Positions 13,301-23,234 of a stretch of 64,000 nucleotides of DNA are shown here, in pieces. The notes beneath the pieces are model-generated. The model did not search any database and was not told the origin of the DNA. It saw only the letters and a program-made list of their open reading frames with translations. The position numbers were made by a program, and so were the translations under genes. This stretch comes from Ascoidea asiatica JCM 7603 (taxonomy: Eukaryota; Fungi; Ascomycota): positions 209,708 through 273,707 of the forward strand of contig BCKQ01000004.1 in the NCBI GenBank assembly GCA_001600695.1, in the 5' to 3' direction. Each line of letters begins with the position of its first letter. Within the stretch, counting starts at the first letter, position 1.

Positions 13301-13374
13301 ATACTTTCATTATCTGAATCAGATTCAGCTTTTGAGTTCAGGTTATTAAATAAAATATTTTGACCAATATCCAT
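10309..13374 (-). CDS. NAM7: NMD RNA helicase Upf1
   Basis: CH zinc domain (HACVYCG...CKKWFCN...LECYNCG); SF1 motifs GPPGTGKT, DESTQ, GDHQQLGP, QYRM, VDAFQGREKD, NVALTRAK. Confidence 0.97.
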   Translation of the reverse strand: MDIGQNILFNNLNSKAESDSDNESINSNFVPSTIGDNDSLSLIGDFPENKNNNQIPSHDHNKNHNNNQNLNLTAQDNDRFDEIIDDIEENNSDGNQPQELPLHACVYCGVHSTSCVAKCEVCKKWFCNSKQSTSGSHIITHLVISHHNSISLHPDCDLGETTLECYNCGSKNIFILGYVSAKSESVVVILCRLPCAQSKDVNWDTEQWQPLIENRQLLSWIAAVPSDEDQLHARLITPSQISKLEAQWRLNKNATLEDIEKTTAEEEEIFPILMRYKDAYEYQRSFGPLVKLEADYDKHLKESQGLEHISVKWSLGLNNRHLASFALSTFESNELKVAVGDEMVLRYSGTEHEPWECNGFIVKLPSAYQEEFTLELCNQRNPPPVSLTNSFTADFVWKGTSYDRMQTAMKIFAVDKESVSGYIYHRLLGHDVPEIEFDVKLPQKFSLPQLTDLNISQANAVKAVLQRPLSLIQGPPGTGKTVTSATIVYHLSKINKERILVCAPSNVAVDHLASKLSSLGLRIIRLTARSREDVESSVSHLSLHSLVKSNLKGELKKLMKLKEEVGELSSNDSKKYLKLIRRAENKLLSSCDVVCCTCVGAGDKRLATSKFRTVLIDESTQASEPECLIPIIKGAKQVILVGDHQQLGPVILDKKAGDAGLKQSLFERLVLLGHIPIRLEVQYRMNPFLSEFPSNVFYEGSLQNGVTTDDRLVPNSLFPWPILSIPMMFWANYGREEISASGTSYLNRVEAINVEKIVTRLFNDGVKSNQIGIITPYEGQRAYITQYMTHNGSLSNDLYMDVEVASVDAFQGREKDFIILSCVRANEGKIIGFLSDPRRLNVALTRAKYGLIILGNPRSLAKNSLWNNLLTHFREKGCLVEGPLDNLQLCTVQLNNRKTPSYQTYRPYNENNNFAASTADMASTVNDFDTSSLVSYIPESLNSFDTFNTGFNQAGSREINELRNSNQAAFYNSSGKVQTDFSAKLEQLNNNNSYEGRYSSGKNIEDDIASISSNFGTRMRF

Positions 13375-15141
13375 TTTTCATTTCCTTTTGATATTTAGGA
13401 TCTATTTCATTAATAATATAGTATACACACAAAGTTCAAATCTTTGGATTTTAATATTCAAAAAGTGGACAACCAAACAAATAGCATCAACAAAATAAAC
13501 AATAAAAGTTTCTGAAAAGTGTATAAGTAACTTTGCTTCAAGTTTGTAATAAAATCTCTACTGCAAAAAACTAGAGTTACTTCATTTTAGGAAATTGAAT
13601 AAATAAAAATCTCTGATAAAGATTCAAAACTCCAAATTTCCAAAAAACTCCTGCAGGGTAAGAATCACCTAAAAAAAACAGAAAAAGGCTGAAAACAAGA
13701 AAAACAACACCACGTGAGTTTATTTAAGGTCACATGGTAGTTTTGAAAGAAGAACCATAAATATGGCGATTAAAAATATGTATAGAAATTGATCCAATTT
13801 TTAATGAATATTGCAAAACACGAATAAACGATTTTCAAGAGAGAAAAACTGAACCTTTTAATAATTTTCAAAGTAGAAAATTATTTCATGAAACTTAAAC
13901 TGATAAAATGTTATTTTGTACTAGTAAAGAGCATTTTTCATTGGTCTTTAAGGAAAATTTTAGTGTAGAAATATATTTGGAGATTCCTTTGAACAAATAG
14001 TGTAACGTTATATAAAACTTTTAAATATTTATTTATAATGAAATAAAGAATAACTCGAAAGAGAATCTTTTGGTTTGAGCGAAAATAATTTCTTCTTTTC
14101 TGAGATTTTTTTAAACCATTTTGAGTTGAAGCTATTGATTCTTTACAATTGTTTCCATTCAAATTAGGTATTAAATTATTTTTTAGTCATAGTTAAGATA
14201 AAATCGGCCAATAGGAAAATCACTTTGTTCCAGAAAAAAATTATACAATTATTATAATCTTACTTTTCTTTTAGGATCTGCTTTAAAAAAAATTACGATT
14301 TTATTAAATTTGATGTACTCTATATCAATCACATTTGTTATAAATCAACTCATTTCAAGATAAATGTATCGTAGTTAATAGGAAAAAAGAGATTACGCCA
14401 ATTAAAAAAACTATATCACTCTAAACTTCAAATAAACAACTGAAATAAAAAACCAAAAGAAAAAAATGCATCACGAAAAAAACAAAAAAGACCAAAATTA
14501 TGACCGAAAAGCAAATATATAAAAAAGGATCTTGTAGTAATACCAATTATGTACTAATAATCAAATTCATTTAAATCATGCTAATCTAATCGAAATAACT
14601 TTTATCATCAAAAATTTATTTCCTTGTCGCTTCGGGGATCAATGAATTCATTTACTTACTGGCACTTTCACCAAAGTCTTCAAGAACAATTAAGTTCATT
14701 CATAAATTTAGAGTGGCTAAGCTCAGTTTTCCGGATATAGGCATTATTATCAAAATAATTTTCGGCTTTTCGAAATATATATTTATTGAATAAACAAAAT
14801 TTAATATTACTTCATTTATTTGTGTACATTTATAATTGCTATTTGAGCATAATAAATTAATAACTATAAGGTCATATTTTCAATCTTATCTTACTTTATT
14901 ATATTTAGCTCTTCTTCTATTTCTTTTTTGCTATATTACTTTTAAATATTTGCTTAATTTCATACATAATTTCTATCATTATTACTCTTTATGTAAGTAA
15001 AAGTTCCAGAAGGACGAAAAAAATTTCAATTTATCCTTAGTCCGAATAGTTCAGTTTTTACCCTTTTGTTTCATTTGTCAGTTCAACAATTGGGTAGCTA
15101 GATTTTTCACTTCTGCCCCTCAATCAAAATTTGGATTGAAA

Positions 15142-16255
15142 TTAATTTCCATTTTTCCCGTTCAAATTTACATTAGATTGAGTACTATTAGGTCTTGGAA
15201 TCATATTTGATAATTGCTGTAGAGGTACCTGGGGTGTTGCAATTATGTTTCTCTGAATAGGAGACTGAATTGGGAGATTCATAGGAACATTGGCATTTAT
15301 ACCAATAGGAACTTGCATAATAACAGGGGAATTGACAGGCATCTGAATAGCTTGAGCTTGTGCCTGAGCTTGAGCATGAGCTTGAGCTTGAGCTTGTGCC
15401 TGAGCTTGAGCTTGAGCTTGAGCTTGTGCCTGCAATTGTAGTTGTAATTGATGCTGAGCCTGAAATTGGGGACTATTTTGAATTTGAGGATTTGAAACCA
15501 TTCCATCATTATAAACACCTTTAGAGTAAGCATTTAAAAACTGCATGATAAACTGATTTTTTTGTTGCTGACTGCAAGCCAAATTATTTATCGAGGCTAT
15601 TTTTTGAGCAGCTGCAGGTGGTAAACCTGAAAGATTAAATTTCATAGGAAGGGGAGGATTCACTTTTAAATTGTCAGCCCGAGCTACCTGATTTATTGGA
15701 TTGGGATTGATAGTAGGCGTTCTTGGTAGATTATTCTTACCAATTCCATTGTTGTTAATATTATTATTAGGCAAATTATTGTTATTAGACATATTGGAAA
15801 TGTGATTGTTATTATTAGATATATTGGACATGTTATTGTTGTTATTGGATATATTGGACATGTTATTGTTGTTATTAGATATATTATTATTTCCACCACT
15901 ACTAACACGATTATGGCCTAAATTTGGGTTAGAGTTACTTTTTGGTATACTTAATTTTTGTGATTTTGGATGCTGTCTATTTATCATAGCTATAGTTAAT
16001 TTCTTGATTTCTTCTTGAGGCAATGTAGGATTTTGTTTTTGAATTTGTTGAATTATATGAGATAAATGATCTCGTCGAATAGTGTTATTAGCTGAACTCT
16101 CATCTCCATTAGGTAACTGGATGTTAACATTATTGGGTTGATTGATAGGACTACCGGAACCAATAGAAGACTGCTGTTGTTGCTGTGATTGTTGAAAACG
16201 AAACTGTTGTTGTTGAAGTTGTAATTGCTGCTGTTGATGTTGTTGTTGTTGTTGC

Positions 16256-16303
<48 letters not shown>

Positions 16304-19300
16304 TGCTGTTGTTGTTGCTGCTGACGTTGCTGCAATAAAGCCTTTTTTTTTTGAAAAATAATTTGCTGAAACTCTTCAGTAGTATATTGATGATTTGGCA
16401 CAGACTGCCCATCCAATGGCCTAGAACTAACAGTTTGCTGTAAACGAGAACCATTTCTTGCAGGAGAATTAGCACCTGGTATTGGAGAAGAAATATTCTT
16501 GGAGATAGAAGAGGATCTAGAAAGTTGTGAGGCACCTAAGTTTTGTTGACCTTGATTAACCTGTTGAGCTTGCTGAACCTGAGCTTGTTGAACTTGAACT
16601 TGTGCTCGGGCTTGCAACTGTTGTTGTGGCTGTTGTTGTTGTTGTTGCTGTTGTTGTTGCTGTTGTTGTTGCTGTTGTTGTTGTTGCTGTTGTTGTTGTT
16701 GCTTTTGTTGTTGCTTTTGTTGTTGTTGTTGCTGAGCTAGAAAAGCTGCTTGGGTTTTTGGATGCATAGATGCAATAACTTGCCCGAGCTGCGGTTGTGA
16801 TAATAGCTGTCTTTGGGCACCTGTAGCTTTTCTCAAGTCTGTTTCGTATTTCATTTTTGACAATTCAAGAGGTGTTCTTGGAGGTGCCTGATTTATATCG
16901 CTACCTTGGGCATATTTTCTGATAGAGCTAGACTTGGGTTTAGGCTTACTTTCTCGGCGTTTCATACATTTTTTGATCGCTTCAAACATACTAGCCCAGC
17001 GTAATTTACGGTGTCCTCTCTGAATTGATTCAACACCAACCCCTAAAGACATTACTCTTAACTTTGTTGAGTTCTGCAATTTACTAATCTGTTCTATCCA
17101 AGATATTGTAGCCTGGGCGTACGGTCCCCTTAGATCATTTAACTGGAATTTATCTGTGCTAAGTTGAAAAAATCGTTCAAAGCATTGCCAGGCAGTTCTT
17201 CTTTCTATTGCACTCACGTATGAGAAATGACCTGAGTTAGCACTCAAGCAAGAAGAAATCAAGCTCCAGTTGTTTTGATACTTTTCGAACAAACTTTTTA
17301 AATCTTTATCCTCCTTGGGAGTCCAGATAGAAGGAGCCTTATGAGAAGTTGCCTTTGCAGATGGTGGCTTTGGTGGAGATAAATAAACTGATAGTTGCTT
17401 TTTATCATAAGAAAATAATCCATTTTTCGATTTTTCCCTTTTTCGAGAAAAAACATGGCTTTCCAAGCTTTCTTTTCTTTTGTCTTTCAAGGAAATTTTA
17501 AACCAATCTTGAGACTCTTCATAGGGAACTAAAAGTTTTGAAACTGGAACAATAGGAATCTTTTTAAACTCATCCCCGATTATTTTAAGTGTCTCATGAC
17601 TTTTGTCTCTTAAAGCTTTTTTCTTTCTTAATTGTGATGGAGTCAAAAATTCATTTTCAAGAAAAGACATATCAAATTCATTGAATGCAGAATACAAAGG
17701 TAAATCCTCAACTATAGATTTGTTTATTGGATGAAGATTTTGGAAGGACAATGATAGCTTAAAAGGTGATATAATTTTTTCAGGGGCATTTATGCTTTCC
17801 TTTCCTGATTGTTTTTGAATAGCTTTCAAAGGATTAGTTTCAACTAAATCATCTTTTGTTTGCAATTCTGAGGTATTTTGTTTTTCAATAAGCTTAGATA
17901 CATCCAAGCTTTTTGTCAAATTGTCAGATATATCATTTAATGTGCTAGACTTTAAAGAAGTCAATTTTTTAAGCTTAGACTGAGAAGGTCTCACTTTTAT
18001 ACAACAAGCTTGTTTTCCATAAGTCCAGAAGTCCTGAATACTTTTTGAGATGTAAAGACAAGAGGCAATTTTATATTTCCTTCCTTCTTTAAAATCAGTT
18101 GACATCCAACTCATTTCACTCAATAAATAATCCCATTGGGAATAATTGATTTTGACATTCCCTCTTAAGTTTCCACCTCTCATAGAGCCCATAACCTCAC
18201 CACTTTTGAATATGAAAGGGTCTTGATATCGTTCTGGTTGTCTGAAAGACCATTTTTCGGAATGTTTTAGTTCTTCAATTCTTGAGTGAACAGTAGAAAT
18301 TTTTCCTTCTAGTAAAGCCACCTTATATACCTCACTGGAAAGAACTTTATGAGATTTGAGTATCAATTTATATATAGGTAAGGCTCTGGTAAAATAGCAT
18401 AGCTCAGCTAATGAAGATGATTTAATAAAAGCAAGAGGATACGACTCAGATGTTATTAATAATAAAAGTTTTGAGAGTTCTTTCTCCTTTAAGCCAAATT
18501 CTTTTTGAAAATTTTTGACAGCCTGAAGCTGTTTTAAATGGTCAGTTGGCAAAGTTTCAGGTACCAAAAGTTTGGGATCAAATTTTTCTAAAAGGGACTG
18601 AATTGTTTGGTTATCTTGTTCAACTTTATTGTTGTCTTTAATTGAATATTGATTTTTAATTGTTTTACTATCCTTCTCTAAATTTTCAACAGGCTTGTTC
18701 TCTTTATTATTCTGGGGTTTAGATTCAATTTTTTTTGAAATCAATAGCATGCTTGGTTTGGAGTTTATAACTTCCTTAGTTAAACCATTGGCCCGACCTT
18801 CTAACTGAGACTCCGAATTATTTTTATTTGGTATTTTAGAAGATTTAATTTTATTATTAATTTCTTCCAATTTGGAATTTTGAGTGGAAATTTTTGAATC
18901 TTTTTGGTTTTCTGTTGTTTTTTCCTTTAGATTATTTTGAGGCAAAGGTGGAATACTATTTTCAATTTTATTTTCAAGAACTTTAGTACTATCAATAGTA
19001 GGCTTGATGTTAGAATCCTTTATTGATATTTTATCTTTATGCTTTAAAAAGTTAGGAATAGCAGCGGTATTTGTTATAGATGCTTTTATATTATTTAATT
19101 TTTGCATTTTAGTTGGTCTTGGTGTGAAATTATTATCATCTGTTTCATTTTTATGATCAATAGAAACAATTTGTTTGATATTATTATTTGTATTTGTATT
19201 TGTAACCATTGGTTTGACATTGTTATTAATATTTGAGATAATCGGACTGGCATTACTGCTATTATTATTTGAAGTAATTGATTTGACGTTATTATTATTA

Positions 19301-20090
19301 TTATAGATAGTAGTTGGTTTGATATTATTAACAGTAGGCGTATTAAGTTGATTAATTTTGCCATGTAAGTTATATTGATCATTAATTTTGGAAGAAATTG
19401 CCTTATTTATATTTGTATTATTATTAGGGTTGAGAGTATTATTATTTATGTTTATACTTTTATTACTATTGTTGTTATTATTGTTGTTAATATTATTGTT
19501 AATATTATTGTTAATATTATTGTTAATATTATTGTTATTATTATTGTTATTATTATTGTTACTATTATTATTACTATGGGCGTTATTATTATCAATAAGT
19601 TGTTTAGCAATTGGAGATTGAGATTTAGTCTGAGCTTGATAAGATGAAGAATTATCAGTTTTAGAATCTATATTCGAATAATTACTTTGAGAAGTTGGAG
19701 ATAAATAAGTTGATAATTTGTTATTGAAATCATTTTTTTCAAGACTTTTGAATAATTTATTATTTAAAGTAGTACTTAAAGTATTATTTGAAGGTGTATT
19801 CTTAGAATTCGAAGGTGATAATAAATTAGAAGACGAATTATTCAAACCTTTGAATTGTTTTCCTATAAGTTGATTTCTGAATTTTTGTTGAGCAATGTGA
19901 AGATTTGCCTTGACACTACTTGTTATTTTTGGATTGTTATTATGTATAGAAGAAGACCGATTAGAAATGGAAGAATTGGTGCCTATAAAATTTAAATTAC
20001 TATAAGTACTATTATTGTTATTATTGTTATGATTATTGCTATTATTGATGTTATTAATGTTACCAATGTTACTACTACTGTTAGTTTTAC

Positions 20091-20121
<31 letters not shown>

Positions 20122-20750
20122 ATTATTAATATTATTATTATTATTATTATTATTTATGTTGTTTATATTGTTATTACTAAGATTAGAATTTGAATTATTT
20201 GGACTGAAATTGTTATTAGTATTCTTATTAATACTGTTATTAGTGTTATGAGAGTTGGAACTAGTATGAGAAGCTGATTTATAGGAATTGAGAACAGAAC
20301 CAGAAGATGAACCAGAACTAGAGCCAGAAGAAGAAGGAGGAGAAGAAGAAATAGATTGTTTTTGATGAGAAATTTTAGTTATATTATCACTTTTATTATT
20401 ACATTTATTATTCTTGATATTATTTATATCTTCTAAAACTTTTTCATTGAATAATAAATTTTTTTCTAGATCTGCTTTTTGTAATAACTTTTCAATAAAT
20501 GGAGAATAAGAAATTACATCATTTTCAGTTAGATTACTATAAGGATTTTGATATAAACAAAATAATTGAGCTAATTTTTTATTTCTTTGTTTGATGATCT
20601 CTTTTTGAGTTTTTCGACGTCTTTGAATTGCTTCATTTCGTAAGTTTTCCTTTTCCAAAATTAGAAATAATAAATTTAAAAATAAATGTTAATAATGAAC
20701 TCTTGAAATAAAAACAAAAGAAATATAAAAAAGTAGAAAATACTTACCAT
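15142..20750 (-). CDS. EAF1: NuA4 scaffold Eaf1/Vid21; join(20748..20750, 15142..20649), about 1836 aa
   Basis: HSA region (KWSFRQP...WDYLLSEMSWMSTDF), SANT/Myb (WTPKEDKDL...NWSLIS...RTAWQCFERF), SIQRGHRKLRWASMFEA. The track's start is TTG; an upstream ATG|GTAAGT supplies an in-frame Met. Confidence 0.88.
20650..20747 (-). other. Spliceosomal intron (98 nt) right after the EAF1 start codon
   Basis: ATG|GTAAGTA, TATTAAC branch-like site, first downstream AG (AAG|GAA) restores frame: M-ENLRNEA. Confidence 0.75.
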
Positions 20751-21408
20751 CTCGGAAAAGCAGCTAAACTGAGATTTGTTTGTGAAACAATGTAGTCTAA
20801 ACTATTTAATTGGTTTATTAAACTTTTAAAAAGATTTGAAGTGGTCAAGGATGGTTAGAGGGATCTCTATTGAAAGCACTCTTCTTTTATGCTTCTTTTA
20901 CTATTAAAACAGCTACAAATACTTCACAGTTTATAAAAATATATTGGTTGAATCTCAGTTAACCAGAATAGAAAAATAATAAAATAGAGTAATACTAAAA
21001 TAGAGTAATACTAAAATCCTGAGAATCAAACTTATACCAAATTTATAATAAATACAAAATTAAGACAAAATATATACAAAATAAATTTGAAATAAATACA
21101 ATAGATAAAATAAAATAAAATAAAATAGAATAAATGGCAGTTGCGCTGCTTTTTCCCAGTTCCGCAAAGCTGAGCCGGAACTGGCTACAGGAGAAATGGG
21201 GCAGAACACGGTAAAAAGTAGGATATTCTCTAGGGCGAGCGCCGGTTTTAGGACAGCGAGTTTTGGCAAATTTGAATTTATTTGAACATAAGACAATAGA
21301 TCATCTGTATTGAAATATCTTTTTTTGTTATTTTTGAATAGATATTTATACTCAGATATATATATATATATGTATATATACATAATTAAATTAGCGAGTA
21401 TACATGTC

Positions 21409-23085
21409 ATGCAAACAGGTTTGCTTTCAGGTTATTCTTCTTCTTCAGATTCAGAAAGGAGTACTATCAATGACAATGGTTCAACAGATAACCCAATGAT
21501 TGGAGCAGATTCTTTGATCTCTTTGTCTACTGATAACAATATAAATTCAGTTAATAAATTAAATCAAGAAAAATATTGGAATTCATTAGCTACTCGGAAT
21601 ATACAGGCTACATCTTCATCTTCATCTAATTTTCGAAAGACTTTAACTGGTACGATTGAAATACAAGCTGTTGATGATGCTGCATTCACTATTCAATCCA
21701 AAAATGAAATAAATCTGTTGAAAAATCGAAACTTCAGTAAAACATCTGAAAAGAGAAATATTTCTATTCCTATTTCCAAAAAGCAATTGTCAAAAAACTT
21801 GAAAACTAAAAGAAGAAAGAAAGATTCGGCTTCTAAGCTAAATGATATAAATAATTATCAAGGTCCTTGGGCAACATACTCAAGTGAATCTTCTGATTCA
21901 ATTTCTACGCCATCTTCTGATAAGAAAAAACAAAGTAGTAAAATAAATGAAGATTCTCTTTTGTTTTCACATTCAACTACTACCGGAATAGAGAATGAAC
22001 CTGTTTATACTAAATTTTATGGATCAGAAGAATTAGATTATCAAGGAAGAACATATATGCATATTCCTCAAGATTTACCAATAAATTTAAAAAAGCCTAC
22101 GGGATCTCAAGAATCTTTTGTTCCAAAAAAACATATATTTACTTATAAAGGTCATTATAAAGGTGTTACTTCTTTGAAATTATTTCCTTCTTCAGGTCAT
22201 TTAATATTATCTGGTGGTAATGATAATAAAATATATTTATGGGATTCATATCATAAAAAAGATTTATTAAGAGGCTATTTTGCTCATACAAGACCTATAA
22301 AATCATTAGCATTTAATGGTGAAGATAGCGATTATTCATTTTCAACTGATGACCCAGATAAAGGAACAAAATTTTTAAGTGGTGGATTCGATAAAATTGT
22401 AAATATATGGGATACAGAATATGGTAAAGTTTTAGATACTATTAATTTAAATGCTGTGCCGAATTGTAGTAAATTTATCCCTTCAAATTCAAATGAAATT
22501 CTTATTGGTTTAAGTAATAATAATATTGAACATTATGATATCCGAATACCTTCAGCTGAAAGCAATTTAGTTCAGACATATGACCATCATTTAGGTGCTA
22601 TTAATTCAATATCTTTTGTCGATTCAAATGAAAAGTTTTTAACAACTTCAGATGATCGATCAATTAGAATTTGGGATTTTGGTATAAATATTCCTTTAAA
22701 ATATATTTCTGATCCAACTCAGTATTCAATGCCAAGAACTAAAACACATCCCAATGGAAAATTTTTCGCAGCACAATCTATGGATAATTCGATTCTTATT
22801 TATCATGCATATGGAAAATTTAGATTAAATAAAAAGAAAAAATTTACTGGACATCAATGTTCTGGATTTGCAATAGGTTTAGATTTTAGCCCTGATGGAA
22901 AAATTCTAATGAGTGGTGACAGTCAAGGACGATCCTTTTTTTGGGATTGGAAAACAGGACAATTGATAAAAAAAATCCAGGTTGATAGTGAAGAAAATTC
23001 AATAACTTGTATAGCATCACATCCACAAGAAAAAAGTAGAGTCATTATGGGAGGTTCTAGCGGTTCTATATTTGTATATGATTAA
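21409..23085 (+). CDS. CDC40: Splicing factor Prp17/Cdc40 (WD40), about 558 aa
   Basis: MQTGLLSGYSSSSDSE start; YQGPWA, FYGSEELDYQGRTYMH, WD repeats (YDHHLGAIN...IRIWD, FAAQSMDN). Start moved from TTG 21310 to ATG 21409. Confidence 0.92.
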   Translation: MQTGLLSGYSSSSDSERSTINDNGSTDNPMIGADSLISLSTDNNINSVNKLNQEKYWNSLATRNIQATSSSSSNFRKTLTGTIEIQAVDDAAFTIQSKNEINLLKNRNFSKTSEKRNISIPISKKQLSKNLKTKRRKKDSASKLNDINNYQGPWATYSSESSDSISTPSSDKKKQSSKINEDSLLFSHSTTTGIENEPVYTKFYGSEELDYQGRTYMHIPQDLPINLKKPTGSQESFVPKKHIFTYKGHYKGVTSLKLFPSSGHLILSGGNDNKIYLWDSYHKKDLLRGYFAHTRPIKSLAFNGEDSDYSFSTDDPDKGTKFLSGGFDKIVNIWDTEYGKVLDTINLNAVPNCSKFIPSNSNEILIGLSNNNIEHYDIRIPSAESNLVQTYDHHLGAINSISFVDSNEKFLTTSDDRSIRIWDFGINIPLKYISDPTQYSMPRTKTHPNGKFFAAQSMDNSILIYHAYGKFRLNKKKKFTGHQCSGFAIGLDFSPDGKILMSGDSQGRSFFWDWKTGQLIKKIQVDSEENSITCIASHPQEKSRVIMGGSSGSIFVYD

Positions 23086-23234
23086 ATAATCGTTATTTGT
23101 TTTCAAAAGCAAATATATTATTCCGAAAGCAAATTTTTAAGAATCGGATTTTTCTTATTTCAGTTTACAGCCATATACATATTTTTGTACTTTCTCTATA
23201 TTATATTTCTTTAATTCCTTAATATATGTTTTTA

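Noticed and set aside
13711-13920. CDEI-like GTCACATG suggesting a point centromere
   Set aside because: No CDEIII (TGTTTWTG..TTCCGAA) at the expected distance; more likely a Cbf1 promoter site of UPF1.
15297-20251. Antisense and alternate-frame poly-Leu/Ile/Asn ORFs inside EAF1 (similar ones in DIA2, SSK1, STB2)
   Set aside because: Shadows of trinucleotide repeats in the real genes.
20740-20750. ATACTTACCA resembling the U1 snRNA 5' end (also TACTTACTGGCA near 14653)
   Set aside because: It is the reverse complement of the EAF1 donor site; no U1 stem-loops follow in either place.
21310-21408. N-terminal extension of CDC40 in the ORF track
   Set aside because: TTG start through a TA microsatellite; the homologous N-terminus begins at ATG 21409.
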